Shown: positions 51,833 through 53,110 of the stretch, piece by piece
How the letters are laid out: each line of letters opens with the position of its first letter
How positions within the stretch are numbered: position 1 is the stretch's first letter
NCBI GenBank assembly: GCA_001871765.1
Contig: MNVN01000003.1
Location: forward strand, 1 to 53,110
Source of the DNA: Candidatus Nomurabacteria bacterium CG1_02_43_90
Lineage (GTDB): Bacteria; Patescibacteriota; Minisyncoccia; Phycocordibacterales; UBA1550
DNA length: 53,110 nucleotides
Direction: 5' to 3'
Notes under the pieces: model-generated
Database searches by the model: none
The model's input: the letters and a program-made list of their open reading frames with translations, nothing else
Told to the model about the DNA's origin: nothing
Made by a program: the position numbers and the translations under genes

Positions 51833-52840
51833 ATGGATATACCACTTAACCCAAAACTTTTGAATCAGCTGATTCATGGCTCGGCCATAGATATTACTGA
51901 CATAGAGCAAGCTCCAATTCGCTCAGGCTTTGGCGAGGGCCTTTTGATTGCAGGGCGTACTGATTCACGCGTCGTGGCACTTTGTTGCGATCTTACTGAG
52001 TCAACTAAGATGGATGCATTTGCAAAAGAGTTTCCAAAACGGTTTTTTGAAATGGGAATCATGGAGCAGTCGTCTGCTTCGGTGGCTTCCGGCATGGCGG
52101 CAATGGGCAAGGTTCCGTTCCTCTCTTCTTACGCGATGTTTTCTCCTGGAAGAAATTGGGAACAAATTCGCACGACAATTTGTTATAACGACCGCCCCGT
52201 AAAAATTGTGGGTTCACATGCGGGAGTTTCTGTCGGTCCTGACGGTGGTACGCATCAAGCAATCGAAGATATTGCGCTTACGCGTGTGATTCCACGAATG
52301 GTGGTGATTGTTCCTTGTGATAGCATCGAAGCGCGCAAAGCAACAATTGCAATGGCGCAAACAAATTCACCGACGTACCTTCGTCTTGCGCGTGGAAAAA
52401 CCCCAATCATTACTACTGAGGACACTCCCTTTGAAATTGGGAAAGCTCAGATCTTTTATCGCCCTGAACAAGCACCGGTGAAAGTGGGGATTATTGCATG
52501 TGGTGCTTTGGTCTATAACGCAATTATTGCAGCACACGAACTCGCAAGCGAGGGTATCGGTGCCGTGGTAATGAATATCGGCACGATAAAACCAATGGAC
52601 CGTAATGCCGTAATTGCTCTTGCGAAAGAATGCGGAAGGATTGTTACCGTAGAGGAACATCAAGTTGCAGGGGGGATGGGTTCTGTTGTCGCAGAAGTGC
52701 TTGCCGTAGAACATCCTACAAAAATGGCGTTCGTGGGCGCCCATGATAAATTTGGACAATCAGGAACTCCTGAAGAATTGATACACTATTATGGTATGGA
52801 CAAAGAGGGGATCAAGTTTGCCGTTCGGGTGGTGTTGTGA
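51833..52840 (+). CDS. tkt: Transketolase, C-terminal (pyrimidine-binding) subunit
   Basis: FFEMGIMEQS, GPDGGTHQAIEDIA and the C-terminal domain. It starts 1 nt after the N-terminal subunit's stop. Confidence 0.9.
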   Translation: MDIPLNPKLLNQLIHGSAIDITDIEQAPIRSGFGEGLLIAGRTDSRVVALCCDLTESTKMDAFAKEFPKRFFEMGIMEQSSASVASGMAAMGKVPFLSSYAMFSPGRNWEQIRTTICYNDRPVKIVGSHAGVSVGPDGGTHQAIEDIALTRVIPRMVVIVPCDSIEARKATIAMAQTNSPTYLRLARGKTPIITTEDTPFEIGKAQIFYRPEQAPVKVGIIACGALVYNAIIAAHELASEGIGAVVMNIGTIKPMDRNAVIALAKECGRIVTVEEHQVAGGMGSVVAEVLAVEHPTKMAFVGAHDKFGQSGTPEELIHYYGMDKEGIKFAVRVVL

Positions 52841-52855
52841 TAACGTAATAAACAC

Positions 52856-53110
52856 ATGGATTATAAAAAAACAATACTCATTGTTCTCAGCATTATAGTA
52901 CTTGCCGTCCTTGGTCTTTTTGGAATATCGTATCAAGCTGGAGATAACAGTGCTCCTCCTTTGGCAAAAGTAGAAACCCTACGCCAAACCCCTGAACCAA
53001 AAAAGACTGATTTTGGTACCACAACCCCGTCTGGATTCCCTACAAATATTCCCCTTGAAAAGGGTCTTAAGACTGAACAAAGTTATCTACTCGACTATAC
53101 GGGGCAGAAA
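52856..53110 (+). CDS. Hypothetical signal-anchored protein (partial, runs off the window end)
   Basis: The ATG at 52856 opens 85 codons with no stop: MDYKKTILIVLSIIVLAVLGLFG... Confidence 0.45.
   Translation, partial: MDYKKTILIVLSIIVLAVLGLFGISYQAGDNSAPPLAKVETLRQTPEPKKTDFGTTTPSGFPTNIPLEKGLKTEQSYLLDYTGQK

Overview
The window looks like a small-genome, Candidate Phyla Radiation (Patescibacteria)-like bacterial chromosome segment; this placement is an inference from gene content and 16S signatures. It opens with the last ~350 nt of a 16S rRNA. Two small protein ORFs follow, then a separately promoted tRNA-Ile(GAU); no 23S rRNA follows. Downstream of the tRNA is a ~3 kb compositionally mosaic island. 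It is bracketed by nested direct repeats, including a duplicated tRNA-Ile 3' half, and contains gene fragments.

The core genes are:
- Cell wall: murD, murC, murB.
- Housekeeping: a dCMP-deaminase-like gene, rsmI, secA, obg, gatB.
- Glycerate and central carbon metabolism: glycerate kinase, a D-2-hydroxyacid dehydrogenase, gap, rpiB, rpe, and a split transketolase.

The accessory content is:
- Two type II toxin-antitoxin loci, one with a frameshifted toxin.
- A VirD4/TraD-like ATPase next to a lamin-tail/PKD surface protein.
- An AT-rich ~13 kb glycan cluster (18.4-31.2 kb) rich in methyltransferases.
- An AT-rich islet of frameshifted genes (46.0-48.1 kb).

The leads I rate highest are:
1. 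A divergent Trm9-like methyltransferase / Elp3 pair. This is a eukaryote/archaea-type wobble-uridine pathway, and the Elp3 carries an in-frame GIY-YIG nuclease domain insertion.
2. A 16S 3' end with no CCUCC directly after helix 45, together with a recurring leaderless gene layout (TGnTAnnnT -10 box 6-9 nt before the ATG).
3. The tRNA-Ile island and its hairpins with C-rich loops.
4. A promoter-to-terminator structured RNA candidate upstream of murB.

All calls come from reading the sequence and ORF translations by eye. No database search or folding program was run.
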